Below are positions 58,954 to 64,000 of a DNA stretch of 64,000 nt, piece by piece. This stretch comes from the human T2T-CHM13v2.0 reference genome, Homo sapiens. The stretch spans positions 42,016,001 to 42,080,000 of the forward strand of contig CP068257.2 of the NCBI GenBank assembly GCA_009914755.4, written 5' to 3'. Position 1 is the stretch's first letter, and the number at the start of each line of letters is the position of its first letter. Position numbers and translations under genes: made by a program. The notes below the pieces were generated by a model that saw only the letters and a list, made by a program, of their open reading frames with translations, was not told where the DNA came from and searched no databases.

Positions 58954-61900
58954 TAACCCGAGCCCGTGACCTTGGCGGGGCTGCCCGAGACGAGCCTCAG
59001 TTCCCCGAGGGAGGCTCGGGAGCTGCGGGCAGAGCCTGGCGCGGGCGCCCTGGAGGCAGGCGCGGGATGAGCCTCCCGCTCTGCTTGGCTTGCGGGGGCG
59101 GAAGCGGAGGGCTGAGCGCTCTGCGGGCCCCTGCGGGTGGGACGGGTCCGGCGTCGGGGTACGCGGGTAGGAGGGAGCCCTGTGCACCAGCTATGGCGCA
59201 GCCGCTCGTCCTCGCCCCTTCCCGCCGACCGGGCCAACTGCCGCGGGGGCGGGCGGGCGGTGCGGCTCCCGGAGGCGAGGAAATGTCGCAGAGCCCCGAG
59301 GAGTCCCGGAGCAGTCACGCGAGCCGGGACCTTGCCCCGCTGGAACGCAGAAGCGGCCGTGGAGCTCGAGACGCTCGCGCGCTCACCTCCTGGGCCCCTG
59401 TGCGTGGGGAAGTCAGGAAGAAGACGCCGAGTGAGGTCACGGTGCCCACGAGGGTGGATTCCCCTCGGCCTGACCACGCCAGGAGGTGGCCGAAGGGAAG
59501 AGGGTGGGGCAGGGGCTGCTCTGCACCCTCTAGCAGAGCGGCATCCCTGCAGGTGTTTGCTCTGACGAGGAGAAGCCCCAGAGAGCAGTTCGGGACTGTG
59601 CGGATTGGCTTTAGGGAGCCAGCTTTTAAAACGCGTTGGCCCACGGCCTCCTGGTTGCAGCTAAGTGGCCCGTGGAGGGGTAGGAGAGGCCTGGGTGCAG
59701 TGGCGTGGGTGTCACGCAGGGCCGAGGCAGAACCAGGACGACGGGCACTTCCTGGCCTTGTCGAGTCAGCAGGAGGGCTGGGGGTGCCCTGCCGGGTCGT
59801 GCTCTCCTGTGCTGCCCACCTGCGGCCTGGTCACTGGGGACGGGAGCAGGTATGCCTGGTCCCTGTGCTGGGCCCCACGGGATGTAAAGAAGGGCCACCT
59901 GGGCACGGCGGGGCCTGCGGTGCGGGCTGGCCTGGGAGGAGGACAGGAAGAGGGGAGCAGAGCTTCAGTGGAATTTGAGGGCTGACCTAGGCGTGCCCCC
60001 AGGAGGACCAAGCTGAGCAGAGTTGAGCGTGGAAAGGCAGGGGGTTCGAGTCCGAAGTAAGTGGAGGTCCTGTTGGGAAGGATGCGGTGCTTCACAGGTG
60101 GTCTTACTTGAGACCCTGTTCCATCCAGCTGCAGGCAGACCCTGCCTGGGACAGTCAGGGTGCACCGGTTCTGTGGCTCCGGCTCTTAAGCACTGCTCTG
60201 GACCACTCCTAGCTTGAGGGGGTTGGGGGAGGTCACCACAGGCTGGCGGATTGCTTGGGCAGAGTCAGAGGTAGGATTGGGCTTGGGAAGAAAGGTGCAG
60301 GGTGCCTGAAGCAGGGGCAGCCAGGCAGTGTGGAACCAGGGGGCTCTGAGGACAGCGTCCACTCTCTTGGCAGAAGTGTGCAGGTCCTGCTGTGTCTGTC
60401 CCGTCCCTCCTCCCATCCACCTCCTACTTCATTGGGCAAACTGTTTCCTTCTTTGGCTCACTCGGGATCCCCCAGCAATGTCCTTTGTTCTCGAACTCCC
60501 AGTGACTCGAGGGGTGTCCTCTGATTGCTCACCTCAGGTGGAGCCTCGAAAGGATGGCGCTGCTGTTCCTACCTCGGGTCTCCCCAGTGCACGGCATCCT
60601 TACCTGTGGGCTCCACAGGGTTCCATGCAGGCATTTTGCTCCCATACCCCGATGTCCAAGCCCGGCTGGACAAGGAGAAGCAATGTGATGACCGAGGGGC
60701 TGAGATGGCTGGAGACCCAGCGAGCCTGGACCAGCCTTAGTGGGCACAGGAGGGAATGGGGGACAGAGCCTGGAAATGGCCTTGGGGCCAGTGTTTGCCG
60801 CTTCTAGCTGCAGTTCCAAGGGGACGTGTCCCCAAAGTCTAGAGCTGCTCTTGCAAGAGTTTGTTCTTGATTTTGATCATCACATGTGGCTTAGGACTCC
60901 AAAGCCTTGTTCACATAGCTGAATGTGAGGAAAGAAAACTTAGAAACTGGCAGAACATAGCCTCTGGCTGGGCCCCAGAGATTTGCCTCAAGGCTACTTG
61001 GAATGAGACTGGAGAATGCCTCAGGGGTGTGGCATGTAGCAGGGCGGCTGGAGAGGCGCCTTATGGGGACTGACCCAGGTGTCTGGGGGTCCCACCTCAA
61101 AGCAGGTGTCTCCACATCTTGGAATTCCAGCTGAGGGACCTGGCCCTGGTTTCTGAGCCTTCCGGAGTCTCACCTGCAAACTAGGCACAATACCTGTTTG
61201 CAAGATAGCACCAGGGCTCCTTGTGCCCTTCATGCCAGGCTCAGGGTACACCTATTGCCAGGGAGCTCCCACTGATTCCTTGTGAGTGTAGCACAGATTT
61301 GTTGCGACTGGACCATCTGCACGTCTGGGCTTCAGAGCTGTTCTCCCCAGCTGTTTTCTGCCAGGTCCTGTCAGAGGCAGCCACCCTCCCTGGGCAGAGC
61401 AAAACCTTGAGCCTGTGTTTGGATTTTGTTTCTGGGCCTAAGCCTAAGGTACATATTAGTGGTGGGGAACTAAAGGAGGGAACATGTTGGCATGACCAGT
61501 ACTGGCAGGAGGTGCAGTGTGTCAGGCAGCATGATTGGGGTTTGCAGATAGAACGCAGAGGGCAAGGGCAGGCTTGAGGTTTGGGGGTGCATGGAGGAGA
61601 GGAGCTGGGGGGGCTGCCCAAGTCAAGCACAGACCTGCCCAAGACAGGCCATGGGATGCACCCTGGGGTGGGGCACTTCCCCGCTGCTCTGGCTTGGATT
61701 CTAGACAGGAAGGAGTGGAGGGAACTAGTGGCTGCGGCCATCTGCCCTTCCACATTGCTAGGACTGTTTCCTCTTGGGTGTAGGAAACCTCAGGTTCTTC
61801 CAGGGCTGGGAGGTTTGGCTCTTTGGAGCCCCAGGTGTGTATGTGTGGAAAGCCTTCCTGGCTATCAGTTCAGCAGCTCACATGTTTCTGTAGGCCTCAC

Positions 61901-62139
61901 TGCATGGGGGAGATCCTGGGGCCCTCAGGGCAGCCTCCCAACCCCTTTTGCTCTATTGCTTCCGTAACCCTAAGGTACACAGCTGTAGGGTTATGTATGA
62001 GTTTGCTGGATTGAAAATACCATATGCAGCCTTAGGGTCATGTAGGAGTTTGCCCGGACTGCCAAAACAAAGTACCACAAACCAGGTTGCTCATTGTAGC
62101 AGAAATTCACCTCTCATAGTCTGGGGGCCAGAAGTCTGA

Positions 62140-63021
<882 letters not shown>

Positions 63022-64000
63022 TAGAGTCCCCTTCACAGGTTTCAGTTAAACATATCCTTCGAGGGTCCAGCATTCAATCTGGAAGGAGCCTTCAGAGAAA
63101 TTTGAAAGTGGCATAAACCAAGGGGTGAATTAAAGGCCCAGAAGTTGATGACGTCAAGACGTCCTTTTTGGAAGTGAGGGGAGCAGCACAGCTGTGAGTC
63201 TCCAAACTGGGCTGTGCAGAGATTGTCCCAAGCACGTCTGAGGCCAGTAGCTGCCCTGTGGGGAGAGGCAAGCCTGTCCTGTCACTGTGCATCCCGTCCA
63301 GATGGACAGGTAGTAGATTCCCGCTGGCTGGGTGATATCCGTGTCCTTCATCTGTCAGCCTCTGGAGCCGCCGAGGCTGGGTGCCAGGCACTGCCGCCTG
63401 GGACACATGTGACCTCCGTGCTGCAGGACCACAGTGCAGGTGCGCTTTCACAGGGCCGCTCCTAGGGAGGAGGTTGTGGACATCAGACATTCCATGATTG
63501 GATTCCATGGCTTTGAGAATCTCACTTGGGGCCTTAGCTCGAGACCCATTTAAATACCACATCGCAGAGACCAGAAGGCAAGACCATGGGACTCCCTGCA
63601 GCCCCCACCAGAAGACCCTGTGAGGTGGCTGGCTCCATCTGGGGCCTGCAGGCAGCCGCATTCTTTCATTCTCGTGGTCCGTCGGTGCGGAGCAGACCTG
63701 AGACACCTGAGGGGGCTTGGCGGAGGTTGTATTTCTCTGTCTAGGGGCCTCAATGCCATGCCCGTTAGGCAGGTGGACTGTGGCTCAAGCGCCCCACAGG
63801 AAGAGGCAGGGGGCTCCCTGCCCTGGAACCCTGGATGTCAGCACCTGACTCCTACCTGCTGTGACATTGGCAAAAGTAGCTGTGGCAGAGGCCGAGGGTC
63901 CCACCTGCTTACTGGGCCCCGCTTCTCCGGACAGGAGCAGAAGCTGCAGAGCTTTGGGACCTCAGCACTTGAGCAGCATGTGGACGCGAGCAGCGAGTAA

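Overview
This is human genomic DNA, not a prokaryotic or accessory region. About a quarter of the window is Alu SINEs (roughly 60 copies), plus L1, MaLR-LTR and hAT fragments. Two protein-coding genes are recognisable on the + strand. I recognise them as neighbouring genes on chromosome 21q22.3; that location is from memory of the two genes, not read from the sequence. (1) RRP1B (ribosomal RNA processing 1 homolog B, Nop52 family). Fifteen coding exons, which I take to be exons 2-16 of 16, run from 9426 to the TGA at 32924-32926. Every exon has a canonical AG/GT boundary and compatible phase. The translated pieces join into one ORF of exactly 758 codons if the unseen exon 1, upstream of the window, supplies 43 codons plus 1 nt. 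A 3'UTR of about 2.7 kb probably ends near an ATTAAA at 35595. (2) PDXK (pyridoxal kinase). A TATA-less CpG-island promoter of about 2 kb (roughly 57850-59950) carries Sp1 GC boxes. The first coding exon has its ATG at 58837 and encodes [29 protein letters not shown], with the GT donor at 58924. From 58924 to 64000 is PDXK intron 1. Between the genes (about 35.7-58.6 kb) is repeat-dense intergenic DNA with one GC-rich non-repeat block (41.3-42.7 kb). I found no CRISPR, no rRNA or tRNA gene, and no convincing new gene or 'system'. The most notable items are below. RRP1B codon 436 reads Leu at what I recall as the site of a metastasis-associated coding SNP. RRP1B has a 20-nt microexon. There are several minisatellites, one built from an Alu end. 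The PDXK promoter carries a (GGGGCGC)4 G-quadruplex-type repeat. There is an 80-nt pure polypurine tract. Several Alu pairs reuse the same insertion site. All repeat coordinates are by eye and accurate to about 5-10 bp.
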